Below, piece after piece: positions 19,779 through 28,530 of a stretch of 64,000 nucleotides of DNA. The notes beneath the pieces are model-generated. The model was given only the letters and a program-made list of their open reading frames with translations, did not search any database and was not told where the DNA came from. A program made the position numbers and the translations under genes. The stretch's first letter is position 1. Every line of letters begins with the position of its first letter. The DNA is taken from assembly GCA_036567985.1 (NCBI GenBank), contig DATCTK010000044.1, positions 14,062 to 78,061 on the forward strand, read 5' to 3'. Source of the DNA: Gammaproteobacteria bacterium (GTDB taxonomy: Bacteria; Pseudomonadota; Gammaproteobacteria; SZUA-229).

Positions 19779-21029
19779 TTAAGCTTCTGCTTGATTCTCA
19801 AACCACTTAATTGCTTCGTCATCCCAACCGTCCATACGAACGTAAGAGCTTTGACGTGTGTTGCTAACCATGTTTGGATTAACATCAATATCAAGGCCTT
19901 CCAGGAAGTTAACCAGACCGATACGCTCGATCATTTCACCGCAACGCTCGTGCTCAAGTGCATTTTCAGCCCAGAAGTCGATAACTTCTTCAGCCAGCTC
20001 AACCAGTTCTTCGTAATCGTCACGAGTTTCCAGCTTCTTGAAAGGCACAACAACTGTACCCATCAGGTCGCCGATTTTCAGTGTACGCTTACCACCGATA
20101 AGAACAGTAACGCCCTTGTCAGTACCAGTGCGCAGTGCTTTAGGCAGAACGTTGATGCAGTGCATGCAACGAACACAGTTACGGTTATCAACAGCAATTG
20201 TGTCGTCATCATTCAGTGCAAGTGCCTGAGTTGGGCAACGAGTAATAACGTTGTCGATAATGTATTGACGGCCTTTGGTTTCAATGTAGTTTTTGAACTC
20301 AGCCTGATCAACACGCATATCGTCACGCCATGTACCGATTACCGCAAAGTCAGCACGTTCGATAGCATTCTGACAGTCGTTTGGACAACCAGAAATCTTG
20401 AACTTGAATTTGTAAGGAAGTGCAGGACGGTGAACATCGTCTGTGAAGTTGTTAACCAACCAGCGCTGGATAGCGTGCTCGTTACAGTTAGACATCTCAC
20501 AACGTGCAGCACCTACACATGACATCGCTGTACGTACACATGGACCCGCACCACCCAGGTCCCAGCCATATTCATTGATTTCATCAAAGAATGCCTGAGT
20601 GCCTTTGGTAGTAGTACCGATAAACATGATGTTACCAGTCTGGCCGTGGAAAGTTACAAGGCCTGAACCGTGCTTTTCCCAGCTGTCGCCCAGCTTGTTT
20701 AACATCTCGGTTGTGTAGTAGTTACCTGGAGTAGGCTGTACACGCAGTGTGTGGAATTCTTTAGATTCCGGGAAAGCTGCTGCCACTTCAGAGAAGCGAG
20801 GGATAATACCACCGCCGTAACCAAATACAGATACAGTGCCGCCTTTCCAGTAGCCCTTACGCGTTTCGTAAGAGTGCTCTAACTGACCCAGCAGCGAGCT
20901 GGTCATGTCATTGATGAATTGGCTTTCGTGGTTGTCACGCAGAGCTTTGATACCAGTAATGAAGCTAGGCCAGGGACCTTTCTCCAGTTCGTCAAGCATC
21001 GGTGTTTCATAGATCTTATTTGCTGCCAT
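19779..21029 (-). CDS. dsrA: Dissimilatory sulfite reductase alpha subunit (reverse-acting type)
   Basis: 416 aa. Cys clusters CVRTAMSCVGAARCEMSNC and a ferredoxin domain CVRCMHC. Size and synteny match A. vinosum DsrA. Confidence 0.95.
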   Translation of the reverse strand: MAANKIYETPMLDELEKGPWPSFITGIKALRDNHESQFINDMTSSLLGQLEHSYETRKGYWKGGTVSVFGYGGGIIPRFSEVAAAFPESKEFHTLRVQPTPGNYYTTEMLNKLGDSWEKHGSGLVTFHGQTGNIMFIGTTTKGTQAFFDEINEYGWDLGGAGPCVRTAMSCVGAARCEMSNCNEHAIQRWLVNNFTDDVHRPALPYKFKFKISGCPNDCQNAIERADFAVIGTWRDDMRVDQAEFKNYIETKGRQYIIDNVITRCPTQALALNDDDTIAVDNRNCVRCMHCINVLPKALRTGTDKGVTVLIGGKRTLKIGDLMGTVVVPFKKLETRDDYEELVELAEEVIDFWAENALEHERCGEMIERIGLVNFLEGLDIDVNPNMVSNTRQSSYVRMDGWDDEAIKWFENQAEA

Positions 21030-21738
21030 GGCGATCTCCGTAGTAGGGACGACAGTTTATTATCCAAGGGGGGCTACTGCCTTGTCCCTCATCTAAATTT
21101 AAATATATGACCGAAGTCATAAGGTTAAAAATTTTCTGGGTTTGTCTCAAAACTGCGGTCGTCCAACCGCCGATTTAAAACATCCCAAATTTAGTACGAC
21201 GTAGTCTAGGCCGAGTTACCGGCTCAGAACATCTATCCCTTGGGAGGGTGTGTGATATTCCGGATATCCCTAATGGGATATGTCTTATTGGCCCAGTTCA
21301 GGGTCAATCCCCGATATGCCGCATAAAAATTGGGGTCAGTAATATAGCATACAAACCTGCGGGTCGTTAATCCATATATAAGATTTTTTTGTTGGCGGTT
21401 TGATCGCCCGCTGTGGCGGCGTTTTATGCGTGTGTGGATGGTTTTTATCCGGCAGCAGGTACCGGCTTTACTGGGTGTTTTCAATGGCGCCGGTCGAGCT
21501 CCGGGCTGGCGGTTATATCCATTATGGGTTGAGCTGTATAATTAAGTATCTGTGTGCCAAAACGCCTAATGTCTGGTTTGGCAGAAATCCGCTGACACAT
21601 TGGCTCGACTATGTGGGATTGCACATAGTCTGCTGTTTGCTCATATATATAAAGTATCCTATCTGCCTGTTAGGGATATTGCCTGGGTAGCGGGTAAATC
21701 GGATACACTGTAATCATGTTTGTTTTCAGGGTAATACA
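21030..21738. promoter_or_regulatory. 709-bp divergent intergenic region between dsrA and the TauD-like gene, containing palindromic GGGATAT motifs
   Basis: A perfect hairpin/palindrome ATATCCC-TAAT-GGGATAT lies at 21262-21284. Related half-sites are at 21671-21680 and 21306-21316. No credible ORF is present (21400-21690 has no RBS). Confidence 0.5.
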
Positions 21739-22632
21739 GTGCAATTTGATCCAGTCAGTACAGATACAACCTCTGCCTACCGCCACTGGCGTGATGGCAA
21801 GCAACGGGCCTATGAAAATAGTGCCCATACACAACTGATCGAGCTTGATTCACGGGCGCTTAACGGGGAGACGCTGCAGCGCCTGCTCGAAGCCTGTTCA
21901 CGCTTTAATTTTGTGCTCTACCGGCTGGCTGATCCGGCGCTGGGCGACAAGGCCTTTGTGCGCGAGCTGGGGCAGCAGCTGGGCTTGCAGCGGCTGGATG
22001 GTAACCTGTGCTCCGATGAGGATAATATCAGCTCGATCCAGGTGATGCAGGCGGGACGGCATACCGGCTATATCCCCTATACCGACCGCCAGCTGACCTG
22101 GCACACCGATGGCTATTACAACGACCCCGAGCGCACCATCCGCGCCATGGTGCTGCACTGTGTCAGGCCGGCAGCCAGTGGTGGCGAGAACCTGATGCTG
22201 GACCATGAAATGGCCTATCTGCAGTTGCGTGAGACCGAGCCCCGCTTTATTCAGGCGCTGGCGCAGCTTGATGTTCTGACCATTCCCCCCAATATAGAGA
22301 ATGGCAAGCAGATTCGCCCGGCGCAGAGTGGCCCGGTGTTCTCGCTGGATGCCCAGAGTAACAGCCTGCACATGCGCTATTCAGCCCGTACGCGGAATAT
22401 CGAATGGAAGCAGGATGCCTTAACCCAGGAGGCGCTGGCCTGTATGCGTGAGCTGCTGGACACCAATAACCATTATGTTATTACCTATAGAATGCAGGCG
22501 GGTGAAGGTATAATTGCCAATAACGTGCTGCATAACCGCACCGCATTTAGTGATGCCGAAGCCGTGGAACAGAAACGACTGTTATACCGCGCAAGATATT
22601 ATGATCGTGTTAAACCGCTAGAGAGCCCGTAA
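21739..22632 (+). CDS. TauD/TfdA-family Fe(II)/2-oxoglutarate-dependent dioxygenase
   Basis: 297 aa with a GTG start. WHTDGYY...PxxGGEN...H matches the TauD His-x-Asp...His facial triad region (compare E. coli WHTDVTF...STGGDT). Confidence 0.65.
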   Translation: MQFDPVSTDTTSAYRHWRDGKQRAYENSAHTQLIELDSRALNGETLQRLLEACSRFNFVLYRLADPALGDKAFVRELGQQLGLQRLDGNLCSDEDNISSIQVMQAGRHTGYIPYTDRQLTWHTDGYYNDPERTIRAMVLHCVRPAASGGENLMLDHEMAYLQLRETEPRFIQALAQLDVLTIPPNIENGKQIRPAQSGPVFSLDAQSNSLHMRYSARTRNIEWKQDALTQEALACMRELLDTNNHYVITYRMQAGEGIIANNVLHNRTAFSDAEAVEQKRLLYRARYYDRVKPLESP

Positions 22633-22823
22633 TGATTTACTTGAGTGACATACTGACCCAGGAGCATGAGCTGAACTGCTTCGAGGATCTGCTTGAAGTT
22701 GCACGGCAGAAGGCCCGTGACGGCGAGATTCACCTGGATGTAGATATCAAGCCGCCGTTCAAGGACACGCCCCGCGACTGGCAAAATCAGGTGGAGATGG
22801 CGTTTACCTTTCCCAATAGGTAA
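22632..22823 (+). CDS. Small hypothetical protein (63 aa), translationally coupled to the TauD-like gene (TAATG overlap)
   Basis: The ORF start overlaps the upstream stop codon. No recognisable domain. Confidence 0.4.
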   Translation: MIYLSDILTQEHELNCFEDLLEVARQKARDGEIHLDVDIKPPFKDTPRDWQNQVEMAFTFPNR

Positions 22824-22849
22824 GCAACTGATTTAAAAGAGAATATATT

Positions 22850-23563
22850 ATGTTATGGCAAGAAGATAAGAAAACCGAAGCCTATGTAGTGCCGGATACG
22901 GTGACTGACCTGTCCTTCAAGGTCGACTGTAAAATGGTGCCGCTGGATCATGCCCAGGAACTGTCTGATGCCATTCTGGAAATACTTCCCTGGATGGCCG
23001 ATGAACCCCAGGCAGGGGTGCACATGATTCACGGTGCCTCCACTGGCAATGGCTGGCAACGCCCGGAAGACGATACCAACGACGGCTGTATTTACCTGTC
23101 GCGCCGTTCACGCATGCGCATCCGTATGCCCAAGCACCGCCATGAAGATGCTGCGGCGCTGGTGAGGCAGACAATTCGCCTGGGCGGGCATGATTTAACC
23201 TTTGGTGATTTCCAGGTTAAAAAATTCAGCCCCCTGAGCACGCTGTTTTCCCGTTATGTGATTGTTGGCGACAATGAAAGTGAAGAAGCCTTTGTCAGCC
23301 GCGTCTCGGCGGAGATGAAGGAGATGGGGATCAACCTGCGCAAGGCGCTGTGTGGCATTGGCCATCGCTTTAATCTGGCAGAAGGGCCGGTGAACACCAT
23401 GAGCATTATGGTGGCCGATCTGGACCCGGAAGAGGCGGTGACACTGCAGCAGCAGGGCATAGGCGAGGGGCAGAAAATGGGTTTTGGCCTGTTTATTCCC
23501 CATAAAGGCATCAAGGCCGTGGGGGATATGTCGGAAAGCAGTCATTTTGATGGCACCGCCTGA
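22850..23563 (+). CDS. Cas6e (CasE/Cse3)-like RAMP-family protein, stand-alone with no array or other cas genes
   Basis: 237 aa. The C-terminal LQQQGIGEGQKMGFGLF matches the Cas6e glycine-rich loop of E. coli CasE (LVQQGIGPAKSMGCGLL) and the generic Cas6 GhGxxxxxGhG signature. Confidence 0.5.
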   Translation: MLWQEDKKTEAYVVPDTVTDLSFKVDCKMVPLDHAQELSDAILEILPWMADEPQAGVHMIHGASTGNGWQRPEDDTNDGCIYLSRRSRMRIRMPKHRHEDAAALVRQTIRLGGHDLTFGDFQVKKFSPLSTLFSRYVIVGDNESEEAFVSRVSAEMKEMGINLRKALCGIGHRFNLAEGPVNTMSIMVADLDPEEAVTLQQQGIGEGQKMGFGLFIPHKGIKAVGDMSESSHFDGTA

Positions 23564-23613
23564 TTTCGGCGGATTATAATTATATTATTTTCTACTGATG
23601 CACAATAACACCC

Positions 23614-23650
23614 GCGGGTTTTTTTGAAGCTCGGCGGGTGTTTTTGTGTG
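23614..23650 (+). terminator. GC hairpin(s) followed by T-tracts after the Cas6e-like gene (cacccgcgggttttttt ... ggcgggtgtttttg)
   Basis: Read from the sequence. Confidence 0.45.
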
Positions 23651-23838
23651 TGCTGTAGATGACCCAGGTTATTGAAAATTAAAAGAAAAATAAAATCTCT
23701 GCGCCAGATGCGGATAAACAAGATTTATAAGTCCATATATAACTAATGGGATAAGTGACATTAATGGGCTTTTATGATTAAGTATGCGCCCTAGAAATTA
23801 CTTGTTTAACTTGATCAATTGGGACTGAGGCAACAATC

Positions 23839-24159
23839 ATGGCACTTGAATCTGTTGAAAGAACTGACAAAGGTTACCTGGTAGACGCGAACGACTGGAA
23901 CGAAGAAATTGCGGCTGAGCTTTTCGCTGAAGAAGGCATTGAGCCGACTGACCGTCATTGGGATATCGTTAGATACGTTCGTGAAGAAACACTGGCAGGC
24001 AACGAGCCTAACGAGCGTGGCATTATGAAAGCGATGGGTAAGCTATGGGGTGAAAAAGTGACTTCCAAGCTTATGTACGAAATGTTCCCGCTTATGCCAT
24101 CCAAGCAAGGTCTGAAAATTGGCGGTTGCCCCATGTCTACACGCAAGGGCGGCTACTAG
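23839..24159 (+). CDS. DsrC/TusE/DsvC-family paralog lacking both canonical C-terminal cysteines
   Basis: 106 aa. It is colinear with DsrC (...HWDIVRYVRE..., ...YEMFPLMPSKQ...) but ends ...KQGLKIGGCPMSTRKGGY, whereas DsrC ends KQACKYAGLPKPTGCV. Confidence 0.8.
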   Translation: MALESVERTDKGYLVDANDWNEEIAAELFAEEGIEPTDRHWDIVRYVREETLAGNEPNERGIMKAMGKLWGEKVTSKLMYEMFPLMPSKQGLKIGGCPMSTRKGGY

Positions 24160-24290
24160 TAGTAAATAAATCGCCTCTATTCCTTATGGGGTAGAGGTAT
24201 TTTTTCCTGAATGCAGCTATACTACGCTCACTCGCTGGGCCCACATTAGTGGATAAGGCCGCACACAAACGAATTCATGAGGTTAGAACC

Positions 24291-24494
24291 ATGGCTGATA
24301 GAAATGCGCTGATCAAAGAACTGATCGAAATGCAGAACAAATTCATCGAAAACGAGCACAAGAACGGCTTTAATGCCAAAGAGTACTTCACACCAGAGTC
24401 TGGCACAGTGCTGGAAGGCTACCGTGAAACTTTCCGTGATAAAGCGATGGAGCTGGTTGACGCAGCACATGCGGATAAGGGTTCTCACCGCTAG
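24291..24494 (+). CDS. Small hypothetical protein (67 aa from the ATG preceded by GAGG; longer ORF from 24249)
   Basis: ORF with an RBS (gaggttagaaccATG) and followed by a strong terminator. No family recognised. Confidence 0.45.
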   Translation: MADRNALIKELIEMQNKFIENEHKNGFNAKEYFTPESGTVLEGYRETFRDKAMELVDAAHADKGSHR

Positions 24495-24522
24495 GATTCA
24501 GTTTCTGGATCTTATCTGACAA

Positions 24523-24550
24523 AAAAGCCGAACACTGTTCGGCTTTTTTG
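24523..24550 (+). terminator. Rho-independent terminator (aaaagccgaacactgttcggcttttttg)
   Basis: Perfect GC-rich stem-loop followed by a T6 run. Confidence 0.75.
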
Positions 24551-24617
24551 TGCCTGATTGACAGGCATTGTTCAGGTAGCCACTGAAAAACTCCAGGGCA
24601 GCTCAGGCATACCCCGC

Positions 24618-25292
24618 CTAGATTTCACTCCACATGCGCACCAGGTTGATATAGGTGTGATCGATTTTAACCACCTCCTCATCATCGGGGTATTTGCGCT
24701 GCAGCCGCTCACGGCTTTTATACAGGTTGTATAAAAGCTCGCGCTTCTCCGCCTCGCGAATCATGCTTTGCGCCCAGGTGACCGCAACCAGACGTTCCCC
24801 CTGCGTGACTTCCGCCACCCGATGCAGTGAGCCGGAGGGATAGGTAATGGCGCTGCCTGCGGGGAGTTTGATCTGCTGTTCACCGGACTGGGTCTGGATC
24901 ACAATTTCGCCGCCGCTGTAATCCTCCGGCTCATTAAGAAACACCGTGGTGGATACATCGGTGCGGTAACGGCCCTGCATGGGGCCCATCACCGGGTCAT
25001 CCACATGAAAGCCATAGGCTTCGCCCGGCTGGTAACGGGCGTAGAAAGGGGTGGCCTGGCGGTGCGGCAGTACCGCTGTCTGATAGTCAGCATGGTTGAA
25101 CAGCGCATTCATCACAATCTGGTTTAACTGACCCTGCAATTGGGAGTCTGCAGGTAGCTCGTGATTTTTTTTAACCTTGCGCGCACTGCTGCCGGCACTG
25201 AGGCGGCCATCGATAAAACGTGCACCGTCGAGCAGTTGCCTGACCTTGCCCAGTTGTTCCGCGTTGAGTACATCGGGGATGGCTAATAACAT
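24618..25292 (-). CDS. ybiX: PKHD-type Fe(II)/2OG hydroxylase (YbiX family)
   Basis: 224 aa. Colinear with E. coli YbiX, including the HxD...H region (FHVDDP...SLHRV). Confidence 0.75.
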   Translation of the reverse strand: MLLAIPDVLNAEQLGKVRQLLDGARFIDGRLSAGSSARKVKKNHELPADSQLQGQLNQIVMNALFNHADYQTAVLPHRQATPFYARYQPGEAYGFHVDDPVMGPMQGRYRTDVSTTVFLNEPEDYSGGEIVIQTQSGEQQIKLPAGSAITYPSGSLHRVAEVTQGERLVAVTWAQSMIREAEKRELLYNLYKSRERLQRKYPDDEEVVKIDHTYINLVRMWSEI

Positions 25293-25376
25293 TAAAGTCT
25301 CACTGTGTGTCGGGTCTAAATGAATGCGGCTCTGGTATACTACCGCGTTTTACAAGCTGCGAAGCCGAGTGATTTT

Positions 25377-25700
25377 ATGCAATTCAATATTACCATTGAT
25401 CAGCAACTCTATACACTGGATATCCCCGAGGCGGTGATTGAAGAAGCCCAGACCTTTATAGCGGAAATGGACAGGGATTTTGACCGCGGACTGCAACTGG
25501 GACGCTACTGGATTGATGAGCCAACTGCAGAACAGCGCTGCCAGATTGCCGCGAATAAAATCGTCAATGCACTGCACCAGGAAAACGTGCGTCTGTTTTA
25601 TATAATGGCGGCTTATATTCTAAATAAGTTTCCCGGCCTGAAAATGGTTACCGTGGATTCCGATTACGAAATTGACGAGATTGATATCGCAAGCGAATAA
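25377..25700 (+). CDS. Hypothetical protein (longer ORF from 25320)
   Basis: ORF only. Acidic C-terminus. Confidence 0.35.
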   Translation: MQFNITIDQQLYTLDIPEAVIEEAQTFIAEMDRDFDRGLQLGRYWIDEPTAEQRCQIAANKIVNALHQENVRLFYIMAAYILNKFPGLKMVTVDSDYEIDEIDIASE

Positions 25701-25720
25701 GCGCTTAATCGAGTTGCGTC

Positions 25721-26092
25721 ATGGCCGATTTATTTTCAATGAAATCCCCGTTAATGATTCGCTTTCCCGGCGGCGAAAGCCATGTGATGGCCGAATATTT
25801 CAGGCATCCGCAGGGCTTGCTGTATTTTGATCTGTTCTGGACTGATTATCTCGACCAGGATAGCGCGCTGCAAAAACTGCAGCCAGCGGTGCATCTGGTC
25901 AAGGGTGAATACCGGGGCGAGGGGCCGTGGAAAGTTGGCGATGCGGTGATCAGCGTGCTCGGATGTCACGGTTGTGATGCCCGTCTTGCCAGTGAGTTTG
26001 CCAGCTGGCAGAGTTTTTTGCAGATGGCGGCAGACACCTACCCGCAAGCTGAACAGATACAGCGCATTGCGCAGCATTTTGGCGCGCGATAA
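25721..26092 (+). CDS. Hypothetical protein (123 aa)
   Basis: ORF lying 20 bp downstream of the previous one on the same strand. Confidence 0.35.
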   Translation: MADLFSMKSPLMIRFPGGESHVMAEYFRHPQGLLYFDLFWTDYLDQDSALQKLQPAVHLVKGEYRGEGPWKVGDAVISVLGCHGCDARLASEFASWQSFLQMAADTYPQAEQIQRIAQHFGAR

Positions 26093-26105
26093 CCTGCCCT
26101 GCCTC

Positions 26106-26534
26106 TTACAGATTTTTCTGCATCTTATAATGTTGAATGCTGCCAAACAGCAGGTAGCTGGGTTCGATTATTTCGTATCCCAGTTTACGGTAAAAACCCA
26201 GCGCATTATCCCTGGCATGTAAAAACAGCTGGCGTGCCCCCTGTTGCCGGGCAATTCCTTCCATATGCTCGACAATTTCCCGGCCTACACCTTTTCCCTG
26301 CCAGGCATCAGCCACCGCCATATAGCGCAGCTGTGCGGCATCGTCGGCGGGGAACTGGAGTCGTGCTACGCCTATCACCTGTTGCCCGTCACGGGCCATG
26401 AGGTGATAACTGCTGGCTTCTTCCATGTCCTGTTCGCTGCCCCTGGGCTGGCCCCAGGGATGTCTTAGAATGCGCCAGCGCAGTTCATAATATTGTGCAA
26501 ACTCTTCGGTGGTTTCAGGCTGGCTCAGGTACAT
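26106..26534 (-). CDS. GNAT-family N-acetyltransferase
   Basis: 142 aa with the acetyl-CoA binding motif QGKGVGREIV. Confidence 0.8.
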   Translation of the reverse strand: MYLSQPETTEEFAQYYELRWRILRHPWGQPRGSEQDMEEASSYHLMARDGQQVIGVARLQFPADDAAQLRYMAVADAWQGKGVGREIVEHMEGIARQQGARQLFLHARDNALGFYRKLGYEIIEPSYLLFGSIQHYKMQKNL

Positions 26535-26577
26535 GGTGATGGGTGGTTAGTGCGTGATGCAACTGACGAAGTTGCGT

Positions 26578-27186
26578 TCAGGCAAATGAAATCCATGTGG
26601 TGGCCACATATTTAACACCCTGTTGCAGTTGCGAGTTGCGGTGCTCGTGGGTCCAGAAGGGTGGAAACAAAATTAGCGAGCCTTCAGTGGGTTGCACCGC
26701 AACATCCTGGTACATAAATTCGGTGGCACCGCCGGGGCCCGGTACATCATTTAAATACCACAGTGCTACCAGTTGTCGATCCGCAAAGTCATGGCTGCCG
26801 CCATCAATGTGCCAGTTATAATATTCCCCCACATCGGTGCGCTGCATATTGTAACCAATGTCTTTAAAACGTCCCTTGAAAAACGGGAAGGCTCCGGAGA
26901 ATTCACGCAGTGAGGTGCCCAGCGAGCGAAACAGTTCACGGGAAATATCCTGCCAGTGTTCATGGGCACTGATCGCAAGATCCGTCGACTGTTTTATATT
27001 GGGGTCTTCCTTGAAGTCCTGGCCAATGCGCCCACGATACTGTGATTGCTGGTCACTTTCAAAGCGGCGAATCATTTCCCGGCAGATATCTTTGGCCAGC
27101 GCATTTTCCCTGATAAAAATAAAACTGTCCTGCTTTACTTCTTTTAATGTCAGCAGGGGCTGGCGTTGGGTGGCATCGTGATACAT
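26578..27186 (-). CDS. 2OG-Fe(II) oxygenase superfamily protein (prolyl 4-hydroxylase-like)
   Basis: 202 aa. HxD...H: WHIDGG ... FWTHEH. Confidence 0.65.
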   Translation of the reverse strand: MYHDATQRQPLLTLKEVKQDSFIFIRENALAKDICREMIRRFESDQQSQYRGRIGQDFKEDPNIKQSTDLAISAHEHWQDISRELFRSLGTSLREFSGAFPFFKGRFKDIGYNMQRTDVGEYYNWHIDGGSHDFADRQLVALWYLNDVPGPGGATEFMYQDVAVQPTEGSLILFPPFWTHEHRNSQLQQGVKYVATTWISFA

Positions 27187-27239
27187 GAATTTATGTTCTA
27201 TGGGTTAGGTCTGTGAACGCCTAGCTTAGCAAAAAAAGC

Positions 27240-28310
27240 CTAAAAATAGTTGTCGTTAATCAATTTTTGCAGATGGCTGTCAGCAGCAGTGCCGTGTTGC
27301 TGGTACAGGCCAAGCATCTGTGTTGCCATATTAATCCAGTGTTCGTTGGCCGGCTCTATCAGTTCACTTAAGCTGCGAGTGTTTTTGCTCTCAAGCCAGC
27401 GACTGTAGGCCTGTTGCAAGCTGGGAAAAATCATCTTGCGCAGACTACTGAGATTGGCAAAATAAAAATGAATCTGCGCTGCTTCATTGTTTTCAATCAG
27501 TTTTGGTAATGTCGACTGCATGTCTGCAATATTGTCGCGCACCGCACGGGCCATCATTTCCGCCTGCGAGCGGGGCAGTTCCATTAACATGGTTTCCCAG
27601 AGTTCACCGAGTATTTTGCCCGCCTTGATCTCGCCGATTTCATGGTGCAGCACCGTATTAACTTCATTGTCGGTCATGCGCTCCAGTGCATCCTGTGGTG
27701 CCTGTTTAAAATCATAACAGGTGAGTGCCCGGGATAATGGATTTTCCTGCTTATGCCAGTGGGATTCCTCGAACTTTTCCCAGATAAAGCGGCGCAGTGA
27801 CTCACGCCGGATATACACGGTTTTATCCTGCGTCATGCCCGGTGGTGCGGCCAGGTCCCGCGCCAGTTCCCGGCCGGAAACATACAGGGTGAAATCTTCG
27901 TGTGTTTCCTTGTGCTTCAGTTCGGCGAGAAAAAATACCGGCTTGCCATAGAGTCCATAGCCGCCGCTGTATACCAGTTGTTCCGCTTCCAGCTGCTGGT
28001 TAATGGCGGCACTGTCATACAGGTCAAAGCGCTGGTCATTAATATCGAGGTTGCTCAGGGGGCGGGTTTCTATTTCATCCCACAGGGCTTCGCGCTGGGT
28101 CAGCCATTTGCCAATGTGGCTGTTATCCAGGCTCTGGCTAAAGGGTAACTGGTGCTCCCAGCGATAGAATTCACGCATTTTTAGCAGGTAAATACACAGC
28201 GTGTAGTTGCCTGCATACTGGGCATCGGAAATGTGGCAATTGTCTTGAACGAGCTGGGTGAGTGCTTGCATAAGTCTCCCATTGGCCAATCGCAGCAGTT
28301 GAACCAGCAC
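27240..28310 (-). CDS. Hypothetical protein (356 aa)
   Basis: Long ORF with no recognised motifs. It lies divergent to 28531-29112. Confidence 0.45.
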   Translation of the reverse strand: MLVQLLRLANGRLMQALTQLVQDNCHISDAQYAGNYTLCIYLLKMREFYRWEHQLPFSQSLDNSHIGKWLTQREALWDEIETRPLSNLDINDQRFDLYDSAAINQQLEAEQLVYSGGYGLYGKPVFFLAELKHKETHEDFTLYVSGRELARDLAAPPGMTQDKTVYIRRESLRRFIWEKFEESHWHKQENPLSRALTCYDFKQAPQDALERMTDNEVNTVLHHEIGEIKAGKILGELWETMLMELPRSQAEMMARAVRDNIADMQSTLPKLIENNEAAQIHFYFANLSSLRKMIFPSLQQAYSRWLESKNTRSLSELIEPANEHWINMATQMLGLYQQHGTAADSHLQKLINDNYF

Positions 28311-28530
28311 CTCGGCGCTGGACAGATATACTATGGAAACCCTGGTTAATGCAGAGTTCCGCTATATCACTTTGGAGGTGAAGATAATTCCTTAGTGGGT
28401 TGATTATTTGCGTCCGGCAATAATCAACAGTCCGCACATCCCTGTCCATAAATAGTATACTACTCGCCAGCGAATATCCCCCCGCAAACAGTCGGGAATC
28501 ATTTGAAATAAAAGAGTGTGAGTAGATCCC

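Noticed and set aside
21400-21690. 96-aa ORF in the dsrA upstream region
   Set aside because: It has no RBS and lies within the regulatory region between divergent genes. Its composition is atypical and it has no recognisable motif. Likely spurious.
22632-22823. 63-aa ORF as a RiPP precursor peptide modified by the TauD-like enzyme
   Set aside because: Pure speculation. There is no leader/core signature, no Cys/Ser/Thr-rich core, and no accompanying peptidase or transporter. Kept only as an unannotated small CDS.
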